From positions 41,225 to 105,224 of the forward strand of contig CANRBV010000001.1 in NCBI GenBank assembly GCA_947628965.1: a DNA stretch of 64,000 nt. The letters run 5' to 3'. Source of the DNA: an uncultured Bacilli bacterium (GTDB lineage Bacteria; Bacillota_I; Bacilli_A; RF39; UBA660). This document shows positions 11,379 to 20,280 of the stretch, one piece after another. The position numbers and the translations under genes are program-made. The notes below the pieces were generated by a model. It made no database searches, was not told the origin of the DNA, and was given only the letters and a program-made list of their open reading frames with translations. Positions within the stretch are counted from its first letter, which is position 1. Each line of letters starts with the position of its first letter.

Positions 11379-11639
11379 CTACTTTGCTAAAAAATTGCTT
11401 ATTTCTCTAAAGATTCTATCTATAATAACATCTTCAAATGTTCCTACTAATTCTACTATGATATTATTATCTTTTAATTCACCAATGAAGTTAGAACATG
11501 CTATTAAAAATGGAAATTCTTTTTTTCTTTCTTTTTCTTCTTCCAATGTATCCAAAATATTATCAACATAACCATCACAGACAAATGATAATATTTTTCT
11601 TAATTCATTTTCTCTCATTTTATGGCACCTCCTTACCAT
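11379..11639 (-). CDS. Hypothetical protein (86 aa)
   Basis: ORF 8 nt downstream of the resolvase gene's start, same strand. Confidence 0.45.
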   Translation of the reverse strand: MVRRCHKMRENELRKILSFVCDGYVDNILDTLEEEKERKKEFPFLIACSNFIGELKDNNIIVELVGTFEDVIIDRIFREISNFLAK

Positions 11640-11795
11640 AAAATATTATAGAAACATTCGTTCTATTTCTCAACCAATTTATTTAAAAATCTCAAAAAAA
11701 TTTATAAACATTTAAAAAATCAATTTTAAACTTTTATAAACATAAAAAAAGACTTAATCTTAATAAGAATTAAATCTTTATAAAATTACACTTTT

Positions 11796-12293
11796 TTAAA
11801 CACTATATAAATTCTTTATTTCTTCGCTTGGCAATACTAATGTAAAATCAATATCATAAATATTTATTAACTCATTTAATTTTTTAACAATTTCTTTTGC
11901 TATATCATTATGCTTATAACCATGTACCCCTGTCCCTATGCTAACACTAATAATACTTTTATAGCCATTATCTTTTGCTGATATAAATATTTTTTCATAA
12001 CTATTTAATAAATCTAATAGGGGAGAATTGCTTTCATAATATTTTGGAGAATATATATGCAAAATATCAATACCTAAATCAAAACCAGGACTATATCTAA
12101 TTTCATTAACTCTCATATTTTCTTTATAATTCTTTTTACAATAATCTTCTAACAATTCTTTATTTGCCTTTTTATATATTGCCCCACAAACACCACTACC
12201 ACATATCATATATTTATTATTACTATTAACTATTAAATCTTTATTTTCTAAATAATCAAATATATTGCCACTTATAACATTTAACTTACCCAT
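11796..12293 (-). CDS. Macro-domain protein (ADP-ribose binding / ADP-ribosyl hydrolase-like)
   Basis: ISGNIF...IVNSNN...GSGVCGAIYKKAG pattern corresponds to the macro-domain Gly-rich ADP-ribose pocket. Confidence 0.65.
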   Translation of the reverse strand: MGKLNVISGNIFDYLENKDLIVNSNNKYMICGSGVCGAIYKKANKELLEDYCKKNYKENMRVNEIRYSPGFDLGIDILHIYSPKYYESNSPLLDLLNSYEKIFISAKDNGYKSIISVSIGTGVHGYKHNDIAKEIVKKLNELINIYDIDFTLVLPSEEIKNLYSV

Positions 12294-12310
12294 TAGACCA
12301 CCTAAAATAT

Positions 12311-13216
12311 TTATTCAAATTTATTTAATATTTGCCCATTTCTATAATAATCTTTATCAGCATATCTAATGCATATTACATTATTATTGCTATCTAAATA
12401 AATAATAATATTATCAATATCATTACTTTTTATTCTATAACCTTTTGACCCATAACCCTCAAAACCATCTAAACTCTCGCTATCTGCTTTAATACTATCA
12501 AATTTATCAATACCTACTTTATTTAAAATATTATATATATTATCAGCTTGTTCTTCACTTATATTCATTTCGCTTTTTATTTTATTACTATAATCAATAT
12601 TTTTACCACTATTTAAAACAGCAATAACTAATATTATTATAACAAATATTATAATTCCTAAAAATACATAACCTAAAACATTTAGCCTTTTATATGCCTT
12701 TTCATTTATAATAATCTTACAATTAGGACATTTAATATCGCTAATACTTAATTCTTTGCCACACTTAGGACATTTTAAATCGCCTTTTGATAAATTAACA
12801 ACACTATTTAAACATTTAACAAACTTACTCCCAGAAAATGCACCATTTACATAAACACTAATAACTTTATCTTCGCCATTTTCTTTATAATTAACAATTA
12901 TATATTGCACATCTTCCTTTATTTGCTTTTTGCCCGTGCCACTTAAACCACCTAAAACTAAACCAACATTACCAAACAATAAACCACCAGCAACACCTCT
13001 GCCAATAGCACTTTTATTTTTTTCTACTATATGCTTATCACTAATAACCCCAGCATTAACAATATCTTTTAATGCTATTTCCTTAAATACTTGCCCTCTA
13101 ATATCGCAATATTTTAAATTATAATTAGTAATTTTTAATATGCAATTCGCATCTTCTCTAATTTCTAATCCCTCATAATGCTTTGCATTAACTTTTAATA
13201 TTTCTTTTTCTTTCAT
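12311..13216 (-). CDS. Hypothetical zinc-ribbon membrane protein
   Basis: Gly-rich segment; CPKCG...CPNCK zinc ribbon; single TM helix; C-terminal domain of about 90 aa. Confidence 0.55.
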   Translation of the reverse strand: MKEKEILKVNAKHYEGLEIREDANCILKITNYNLKYCDIRGQVFKEIALKDIVNAGVISDKHIVEKNKSAIGRGVAGGLLFGNVGLVLGGLSGTGKKQIKEDVQYIIVNYKENGEDKVISVYVNGAFSGSKFVKCLNSVVNLSKGDLKCPKCGKELSISDIKCPNCKIIINEKAYKRLNVLGYVFLGIIIFVIIILVIAVLNSGKNIDYSNKIKSEMNISEEQADNIYNILNKVGIDKFDSIKADSESLDGFEGYGSKGYRIKSNDIDNIIIYLDSNNNVICIRYADKDYYRNGQILNKFE

Positions 13217-13343
13217 TTTCTACACCTTTCTTTATAACTTTTCTATATCAATGCTTTACTTAGCAAATAGCCAATTTTTTGATAAATAATATATAACTAT
13301 ATTAAAATTATTAAATCTTTTAAAAACGAGCAATAAATAGAAA

Positions 13344-14135
13344 TTATAATTCACTCAATACTTTATTTATAAACTTTTCTTTATTTCTGCCAATACTAAT
13401 ATTATCTAAATAAAAATTCCCTGAACCTATTAACCAAAATATTTTATCTACTTTATAAGGACTTTCATTGACAGCATTAGCCATTTCTATAACTGCCTTA
13501 TATACAGAATAATCATTATTTTTACACAAATTAAAAGCAAAAAATATATCTTTAATATGAACATCTGCTTTTGGATATTCTTTAAAGCCTAATTCTTTTA
13601 AAAAATCACAAGCGAGAGGAAATCCTAAACCAATTATTTCTTTTTCTAATAACATAGGCAGAGCAGCAGAGGAAAGAGAATTATAACTAAACATTTTGAC
13701 AAACTTATCAAAATCTTTTTCACTTTTAAATTTTTCTACAAATTCACAAGCAGATATAACTGACTTAGCATATAATCTCCATAGATTATTTTTACTTTCT
13801 TTATTTTTAATTACAAAATTATTATCGAATTCTTTTAATAAACTATCAGCATTATAATTACTTAATATTTTTTTACTATCATAATGACATAGAATATTAT
13901 TGAATGCATCTTTTCTTTCTGCTTTTTCTAAGCCAATAACATTAGATGACATTTGCCTATTTTGCAATGATAATAATAATCTATATAAAATATCATTTTT
14001 GCTTTTAAAATTCTTTTTTACATTAAAATATATATTTATATCTTTTATTTCTCTAGGACATAATTCCATTAAAAACTTATAAGCACTATTATATATTTTC
14101 TTTAATTTAATATTCCTTGCTTCTATATCACTCAT
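13344..14135 (-). CDS. Hypothetical protein (about 263 aa; start taken at MSDIEARN with GAGGT RBS)
   Basis: ORF; internal ATG preceded by gaggt at 8-nt spacing. Confidence 0.5.
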   Translation of the reverse strand: MSDIEARNIKLKKIYNSAYKFLMELCPREIKDINIYFNVKKNFKSKNDILYRLLLSLQNRQMSSNVIGLEKAERKDAFNNILCHYDSKKILSNYNADSLLKEFDNNFVIKNKESKNNLWRLYAKSVISACEFVEKFKSEKDFDKFVKMFSYNSLSSAALPMLLEKEIIGLGFPLACDFLKELGFKEYPKADVHIKDIFFAFNLCKNNDYSVYKAVIEMANAVNESPYKVDKIFWLIGSGNFYLDNISIGRNKEKFINKVLSEL

Positions 14136-14257
14136 TTTAAGAACCTCGCTAAGAACATTATAACATAAAAATATATAATTTAACACATATTGATATAACT
14201 AATATTGCTATCACTGATTTCTAATAAATTTAAAATTATATATGAGAGGAGGACTAT

Positions 14258-14587
14258 ATGGAAAACAATTTAAAGAAAATAAGAAACAGCAAAAACTTAT
14301 TACAGACTAAAGTTGCTATGGATTTAAACATAACCCAAGAGACTATATCTTCTTATGAAACTGGTCGCGTTTTTCCAAGTTCTGATATGCTTATTAAAAT
14401 TGCTGATTATTATAATACATCTATTGATTATTTACTTTGCAGAACTAAATATGATATGCCTATTGATAATATTAAACCAAATAATATCTCAGATAATGAT
14501 TTTATTCTTTTAAATAAGATAAATAAATTATCTCCTATCAATAAATCAAAAGTTGAAAGTTACATTGATGGATTAAATGATAGATGA
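14258..14587 (+). CDS. XRE-family (Cro/CI-type) HTH transcriptional regulator
   Basis: LLQTKVAMDLNITQETISSYETG helix-turn-helix; GGAGG RBS upstream. Confidence 0.8.
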   Translation: MENNLKKIRNSKNLLQTKVAMDLNITQETISSYETGRVFPSSDMLIKIADYYNTSIDYLLCRTKYDMPIDNIKPNNISDNDFILLNKINKLSPINKSKVESYIDGLNDR

Positions 14588-14855
14588 TTATATATATATG
14601 AATTTAACTATTAAATCGCCTTAATTCCTTTAAAAATATAAAATTATAATTCTAATTCATATAAAGAATTCTTTATAATTTTATATTTTTTTTATATGAT
14701 TTTTATATTTCATTTTTTCTCTTTTTTATATAACTTTCTTAATTATTTTATATTATTTTTATATTATTCTTATAATACTTTTAATAATATAATAACTATA
14801 ACTATATAAAATAATTATATATTATATGATAGAACTTTTACGATTATTATTTTAT
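14588..14855. repeat. Very A/T-rich intergenic region with short direct repeats (ttttatattatt x2, tataat-type repeats); possible replication origin or regulatory region
   Basis: Direct repeats read in sequence between the convergent XRE and Rep genes. Confidence 0.3.
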
Positions 14856-15635
14856 CTAAATGCTTATATCTTCTTCAAATATTCTATTTCTTCTACTAAG
14901 ATTTTCCTGTACTTTATTATCTTCTAACTTTAATTCATAATTTTCTTTAATCTTGCTTATTCTTATTTTTCTCATAAACTCATTAGAATTTTTTTTATCT
15001 TGCTCTTTCGTTATTTCAAAATAGAAATTCTTTATTTCATAATATTTTTGCTCTAATGCTAATCTTCCTTTTTTACCATTTATGACAAATTGACTTATAT
15101 ATTTTACATAAGCATAATATAAATCTTTTAAACTATATCCCTTTGGAATTACATTTTCACTACAATAATTACAAAATAATACTTCTTCGCCCTGATTTAT
15201 AAAATATTCTGCTTTATTTATATTTGCATTTTTCTTATATATTTTTAGATTAGCATAATTTATTTTATCTCTTTTAATTTTATTCTTATACCAATTTTTA
15301 TCTATATAATTTTTTATTAAATCTCTAAACGCATAACTTGGAATCGATACCAATAAAATATGAATATGCCAATCTACATTTATAATATCTTCATTATCAA
15401 AACCTTTTAATACTTTTTTTGGGCGACCAACTTTTCCATTTTTTTCATAACAAACCCTCGTATTATTGCCTTTAACATTACTAATACAAATCATTGCCTC
15501 TGCTTCCCAATTTCTTTTTTTACAATTATATCTTATAAATTCAATTAAACTTTTAGCATGCTTTTTTGCTTCTTCCTTACTTTTAAATTTTATATTCAAA
15601 TCGAAAGTTGATAAACCTAATTTTTTCTTTGACAT
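14856..15635 (-). CDS. HUH-endonuclease superfamily rolling-circle replication initiator-like protein
   Basis: DWHIHILLV = HUH motif (H-hydrophobic-H-hydrophobic x3); downstream Tyr-containing segment; lies in the mobile element. Confidence 0.55.
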   Translation of the reverse strand: MSKKKLGLSTFDLNIKFKSKEEAKKHAKSLIEFIRYNCKKRNWEAEAMICISNVKGNNTRVCYEKNGKVGRPKKVLKGFDNEDIINVDWHIHILLVSIPSYAFRDLIKNYIDKNWYKNKIKRDKINYANLKIYKKNANINKAEYFINQGEEVLFCNYCSENVIPKGYSLKDLYYAYVKYISQFVINGKKGRLALEQKYYEIKNFYFEITKEQDKKNSNEFMRKIRISKIKENYELKLEDNKVQENLSRRNRIFEEDISI

Positions 15636-15640
15636 AATAA

Positions 15641-15931
15641 TTACCCCATATTCCTTATAGCATTTATCAATTTTTTTAACATGGGAGCATTTATTACGAT
15701 ATTTTTATTATATAAATACAAATTTAGATTATCATAGCATAGCAATACTAAATATATATCATTAACCTTAATAATAAATCTATGAGGCTCTATAAAATTA
15801 ACATTTGTTTTTTCAACTTTAAATATAAAACCATTTTTAAATTCTAATTTTACATTATTAAATACACATATATTATTTAACTTATTATAAATATTCTTAT
15901 TTAATGGCATAACTTCTTTACTAAATTTCAT
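15641..15931 (-). CDS. Hypothetical protein (96 aa)
   Basis: ORF immediately downstream of Rep. Confidence 0.4.
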   Translation of the reverse strand: MKFSKEVMPLNKNIYNKLNNICVFNNVKLEFKNGFIFKVEKTNVNFIEPHRFIIKVNDIYLVLLCYDNLNLYLYNKNIVINAPMLKKLINAIRNMG

Positions 15932-15956
15932 ACTATCAAACCTTTCTTTTTAATAA

Positions 15957-15990
15957 CAAAAAAACTAGGATTTCCTATTGAAATTCCTAG
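15957..15990 (-). terminator. Rho-independent terminator downstream of tRNA-His
   Basis: ctagga..tcctag hairpin followed by a 7-T run on the minus strand. Confidence 0.5.
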
Positions 15991-16034
15991 CCTTTGCTAT
16001 AATCAAAAACCTTAAAGGTTTGATTTCCCAAATA

Positions 16035-16111
16035 TGGGGCGAAATGTGGGGATCGAACCCACGCATACCGGAGCCACAATCCGGCGTGTTAACCACTTCA
16101 CCAATTCCGCC
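16035..16111 (-). tRNA. tRNA-His: tRNA-His (anticodon GUG) with encoded G-1 and 3' CCA
   Basis: Folded by hand: 8-bp acceptor stem including G-1:C73; anticodon loop TTGTGGC (GTG); T-arm GTGGG-TTCGATC-CCCAC; CCA encoded. Confidence 0.9.
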
Positions 16112-16136
16112 ATGACAGTAATAGAATAACAAATAA

Positions 16137-16397
16137 TTGAATAAATTTCAAGTCTATATTATAATGAAAAATAGAAAGTGGTGTGATACAATGCTAACTT
16201 TGGATATTATAACAACATTTGCAAGAGAACTTATGGAGTTTATTGATGATACAAAAATATTTATTGTTGATCTGTTTTCAAATATTCATCATTTTTTAAA
16301 TAAATTCATGGGAGATGAGGCTATAATTATGTTTGGTATTTTAATTGCTGCAATGATAGCCATATTTATATTCCGTTTAGTAATAAATAAGCGTTAA
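16137..16397 (+). CDS. Doubtful small membrane protein (track ORF starts at TTG; an ATG at 16191 would give 69 aa)
   Basis: C-terminal hydrophobic helix; weak RBS; only + strand ORF in this stretch. Confidence 0.3.
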   Translation: MNKFQVYIIMKNRKWCDTMLTLDIITTFARELMEFIDDTKIFIVDLFSNIHHFLNKFMGDEAIIMFGILIAAMIAIFIFRLVINKR

Positions 16398-16431
16398 AAA
16401 AAGAATAGTTTAAAAATGACTATTCTTTTTC
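16397..16431. terminator. Bidirectional hairpin terminator overlapping the stop codon of the minus-strand oxidoreductase gene
   Basis: 9-bp stem aagaatagt/actattctt with 9-nt loop, flanked by A-run/T-run. Confidence 0.5.
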
Positions 16432-17502
16432 AATGTATTCGTTTAAAGGTTTTACACGATATTTTAATTCTGGCATTTCGCTTGTTGGAACAAAACCACT
16501 GCGGGCATTGATAACATCGGGAATACGATTTACAATATCCGCACAAGTAAGTTCAACAGTAGCAGGTCTATTAATTATCATCGTGGTATTAGGTTCACCT
16601 TCGATTGTCCAGATATTAGCATCGTAATCATCTTCGCTATATACTTTACCGATGCATTCTGCTTCAATAGTTATTCCTTCTGTAGTTGTTGCAGTAACAA
16701 CAGCACTCATTCCTGTTGCGTCTCCTGCTTTTATAGTCATATCAAGAGTACTTGAATATATATCCTCCGTATGAGTTTGAGGTACACACTCTTGGCTAAT
16801 CTCTTTTAAATGTAAATCTAATTTATCAATTAACCATCCTGCAACATTCCACATATAGCTTGGAGAATATTCTCTACTATCAATTATTTTTTGTCTTTCT
16901 TCCTTACTCATACGATCATTTGTAGCAACGGTTTTATCGAATTCTTCTAAGGAAAGTCCAGTGCCATGCGCTTTAGCTAGGGCAAGTCCATAATCTTCAA
17001 CATTATAAGAACTACTTCCTTTAATTTTGGTAATCTTATGAGTTGAAGCAGCTAAATTACTAATTAGATTTCCCCAGAAAATATCTTGGTAACCACAACC
17101 CGTAATCGTTACTCCTCCTGCTTTGGCAAGACTATCCAATTCTTTATACAAAGTAGGATTGGAATTACTTGCATAAAAAGCTTCTTCACAAGTGGTTACA
17201 ACATTCACATGACATTTAGCACAAGTGCGCAAAACATCTCCTAAATCATTTAATAAGCTCATTGTTGTAACAATGGCAATATCAGGTTTTATTTCACTCA
17301 ATCTTGTTTCTAAAGAAGAAATATCTTCTACTAAAACATTTTTCTTACCACATTCCATAACTTCTCCGATGTCTCTACCGATTATATCTTTTGCTACATC
17401 AAAAGCAAGAACAATTTCTCCTCCTTTTTCATAAACATAGCGCATTGTATATTTGCTCATCTTTCCACAACCTATTTGAGCAACTTTTACTTTTCTTTCC
17501 AT
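16420..17502 (-). CDS. NAD(P)-dependent DapB-like oxidoreductase (2,4-diaminopentanoate dehydrogenase-like)
   Basis: N-terminal VAQIGCGKMSK dinucleotide-binding motif; about 360 aa, typical of the DapB-like ornithine-fermentation dehydrogenases. Confidence 0.55.
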   Translation of the reverse strand: MERKVKVAQIGCGKMSKYTMRYVYEKGGEIVLAFDVAKDIIGRDIGEVMECGKKNVLVEDISSLETRLSEIKPDIAIVTTMSLLNDLGDVLRTCAKCHVNVVTTCEEAFYASNSNPTLYKELDSLAKAGGVTITGCGYQDIFWGNLISNLAASTHKITKIKGSSSYNVEDYGLALAKAHGTGLSLEEFDKTVATNDRMSKEERQKIIDSREYSPSYMWNVAGWLIDKLDLHLKEISQECVPQTHTEDIYSSTLDMTIKAGDATGMSAVVTATTTEGITIEAECIGKVYSEDDYDANIWTIEGEPNTTMIINRPATVELTCADIVNRIPDVINARSGFVPTSEMPELKYRVKPLNEYIEKE

Positions 17503-17522
17503 TTTTATTCTTCCTTTCTTTA

Positions 17523-18467
17523 TTAATTTTTATCTTCCAAATTAACATTTTCTTCCTTAATCAAATCAGCAAATTCGACTTTAAAACGTTCGATTTCTTT
17601 TACTTTTGCATCCTCATATATATTCTTTGCATTACAAATAGCTTTATACACATGTTTTATTTTTACTTCACTTTCATTATCGAATAGAGCATAAGAAAAA
17701 GCATTTGCAAGAATAGTTAAACAAATATCAGGATATCTTGCTGCTACTTCATACACTCTTTTATATTCATCTGTCATTTCTACAATAAAAGTCATAATTT
17801 TTTCTTTAATAAAATCTGTATAATTAAGTTTTACACCAATTTGTTTTTCTAACTTAGGATACGTTCCCATTAAAATTTTTACAGTCGTCGGTTTATCCGT
17901 TTCCAAAACATCAACTTTTTGAAATCTTCTTAAGAAAGCACGATCACGTAAAATATATTGTTCATACTCTTCCGTTGTTGTTGCCCCCACCATTTTAATA
18001 GCTCCTCGGTCAAGTCCAGATTTTAACATATTTGCAAAATCAATTCCGCCATTTTCACTATTATTTTTATTTACTAAAACATGTGTTTCATCAATAAACA
18101 ATATAGTTTTTTCTTTTTGATCTAACTCTTTTACAAGTAAATCAATCCGATTTTCCACTTGACCTTCACTTACACTGGAACCAAGTAAACTTGTAATATT
18201 GATTTTAATAAGTTCCCACCCTTTTAAGGCGTCAGGGACTAAGTTTCTTTGAATTCGATAGGCAAGTCCTTCCACAATGGCTGTTTTACCTATACCAGGC
18301 TTTCCAACCAATAGAGCACTTTTTTCTGGAGTAAGCAATATTAAAATACACTCTTTGATTTCTTCATCACGAGCAATTGCTGGATCGGTGATAAACTCTT
18401 TTTTAGTAAAATTTTCACCATAACGTTCTAGCATACTTATCTTTTCTTGGTTCATAGTATCCTCCAA
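17523..18467 (-). CDS. Stand-alone Clp/Hsp100 D1-like AAA+ ATPase
   Basis: [21 protein letters not shown] Walker A identical in pattern to ClpA/ClpB D1; Walker B ILFIDETH. Confidence 0.7.
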   Translation of the reverse strand: MEDTMNQEKISMLERYGENFTKKEFITDPAIARDEEIKECILILLTPEKSALLVGKPGIGKTAIVEGLAYRIQRNLVPDALKGWELIKINITSLLGSSVSEGQVENRIDLLVKELDQKEKTILFIDETHVLVNKNNSENGGIDFANMLKSGLDRGAIKMVGATTTEEYEQYILRDRAFLRRFQKVDVLETDKPTTVKILMGTYPKLEKQIGVKLNYTDFIKEKIMTFIVEMTDEYKRVYEVAARYPDICLTILANAFSYALFDNESEVKIKHVYKAICNAKNIYEDAKVKEIERFKVEFADLIKEENVNLEDKN

Positions 18468-18521
18468 TACTATTTTATCATAATCAAAAAAGAAGATACA
18501 AAAATTTGAACTTCTTTTTTC

Positions 18522-19889
18522 CTACTTGACACAATTTACGCTTTTAGCATATTCATTTCGATATTCTAATAGTTTTTCTTTTACTTTAGAATTAGCATAA
18601 ACTTTTATTTCTACATCATCCATACTGTTTGCAACAATGGTTTTCTTTTTTAAATTGGTAATCATATCTTCAAAAAATTTTTTATAGTCTAGATTATATG
18701 TAGCATAACGTAATCTTAAAATGTGATATTTCCCTGTTTCTTCTATAGTTGGTTTTATTTCTACTGTACTATATTTATCATTATAGGAATAAACAACTTT
18801 AATTTGATTATCTAGATTATCGTCCACTAAAATATTTTTAGCAGGTATAGCTGTACTCACAACAAAGTTGGGAAGAAAATCATAGTAAAATTCTTCTTCG
18901 GCATTCTTTTGTTCATAAATGACTTGCGTAGATGCAAATTCAATCGTACAAATTCCACAACCAATTCCGAGTATAAGGAAACAACTTAAGGAAACAATTA
19001 ACAAAACATTAATTCTATTTTTACGATTAAAGATAAAGTTAAAGACAAAAATAAAGATGAAAATACCTAATAGTAATAAAGAAATAAAGATTAGATAAAG
19101 TCCAAAATAAGTGACACCTTTGAAGAGTAAATAGGTAGATACGCCTACAATGCAAGACATTCCTACTAAAAAGAAAGCCCCACCAATTAAAATTAAGAAT
19201 AAAATTCCTTTTACAAAAAATATTCCAATACGAATTAATACATTAAAGAAATTTTCAAAGAAAGAAGAATCAGGTTCATTACTTCTTGGTTCTTTTTTTA
19301 TTTTTACAGAACTTTTTCTTTTTTCATTTACTATAATACTACAATCTTCCTTTAAAAAACAACTTTGGAAAAGTTTTACAAAAAACAATACCGCAAAAAG
19401 AAAATATGCCATTTCTAAAATAAAATTCCAAAGGTTATAAAATAAATGATAAATTGCATAATGAGAGTTGATTACTGTTAAAATATTGTTTCCAACATCT
19501 GCTATAAAAACAAATGGAATTTTACATAAACCTGTTAAAAGAATGATAAAGAAAAGTTCAATCATAAACTTCATAATATCTCGAAAACTTTTATGAGCAA
19601 AAATATTACACGTATATTCAAACATTTTTACGAATATATCAACAAAGTTATTAAAAAAATCTTCTTTTTGGTTTTCTTTTTTATTTGTTTTTATTTTATA
19701 AGCACTTAGTAAATCACTAGCCAGTTCCTCAATATTTCCCATTGATTTTACGGCTTCCACTTCCGTACAACCATCACTCATTTTTTCTTCTATGTAACCT
19801 TCATATTCGTTTAAGATATCTAAAATTTCACTTTCTTCTAAAATGGATAATTTTTTTCTTAACGTTTCTAAAAATTTTTCTTTATTCAT
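18522..19889 (-). CDS. DUF1700/HAAS-domain polytopic membrane protein (PadR-associated sensor)
   Basis: N-terminal LETLRKKLSILEESEILDILNEYEGYIEE signature; multiple TM helices; overlaps the PadR gene. Confidence 0.7.
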   Translation of the reverse strand: MNKEKFLETLRKKLSILEESEILDILNEYEGYIEEKMSDGCTEVEAVKSMGNIEELASDLLSAYKIKTNKKENQKEDFFNNFVDIFVKMFEYTCNIFAHKSFRDIMKFMIELFFIILLTGLCKIPFVFIADVGNNILTVINSHYAIYHLFYNLWNFILEMAYFLFAVLFFVKLFQSCFLKEDCSIIVNEKRKSSVKIKKEPRSNEPDSSFFENFFNVLIRIGIFFVKGILFLILIGGAFFLVGMSCIVGVSTYLLFKGVTYFGLYLIFISLLLLGIFIFIFVFNFIFNRKNRINVLLIVSLSCFLILGIGCGICTIEFASTQVIYEQKNAEEEFYYDFLPNFVVSTAIPAKNILVDDNLDNQIKVVYSYNDKYSTVEIKPTIEETGKYHILRLRYATYNLDYKKFFEDMITNLKKKTIVANSMDDVEIKVYANSKVKEKLLEYRNEYAKSVNCVK

Positions 19890-20214
19890 TTTTTTCCCTA
19901 CCTTCTATAAAAGAATTCACACTACTTGCAAAACGCGTCCATTCCTTTTTTTGTTCTTTGGTGTATTTCTTTCCTAATGCTGTTATATGGTAATACTTTC
20001 TTATTGGTCCTTCACTTGATTCTTCTAAATACGTTTCAAAATAGCCCTCATTGGTAAGTCGTTTTAGTATCGGGTAGATTGTTCCTTCATTAACATCGAC
20101 AATTTTACTTACCTCTTCTACTAGTTCATAGCCATATTTGTCTTTTTTTTCAACAATTAGTAAAACCAATAACTCCAATACCCCCTTTTTAAATTGTGTA
20201 TTTATCGTAACCAC
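19882..20214 (-). CDS. PadR-family transcriptional regulator
   Basis: GYELVEEV...GTIYPILKRLTNEGY winged-helix signature. Confidence 0.85.
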   Translation of the reverse strand: MVTINTQFKKGVLELLVLLIVEKKDKYGYELVEEVSKIVDVNEGTIYPILKRLTNEGYFETYLEESSEGPIRKYYHITALGKKYTKEQKKEWTRFASSVNSFIEGREKNE

Positions 20215-20280
20215 CTCATTATTTAATCTTACAATAGGTACTTGGTATTGTCAAGTACTAAATAAAAACTAATAATTGGT

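Noticed and set aside
16137-16397. 86-aa ORF next to tRNA-His as a confident gene
   Set aside because: The track start is a TTG; the plausible ATG starts lack a good RBS. Kept only as a low-confidence feature.
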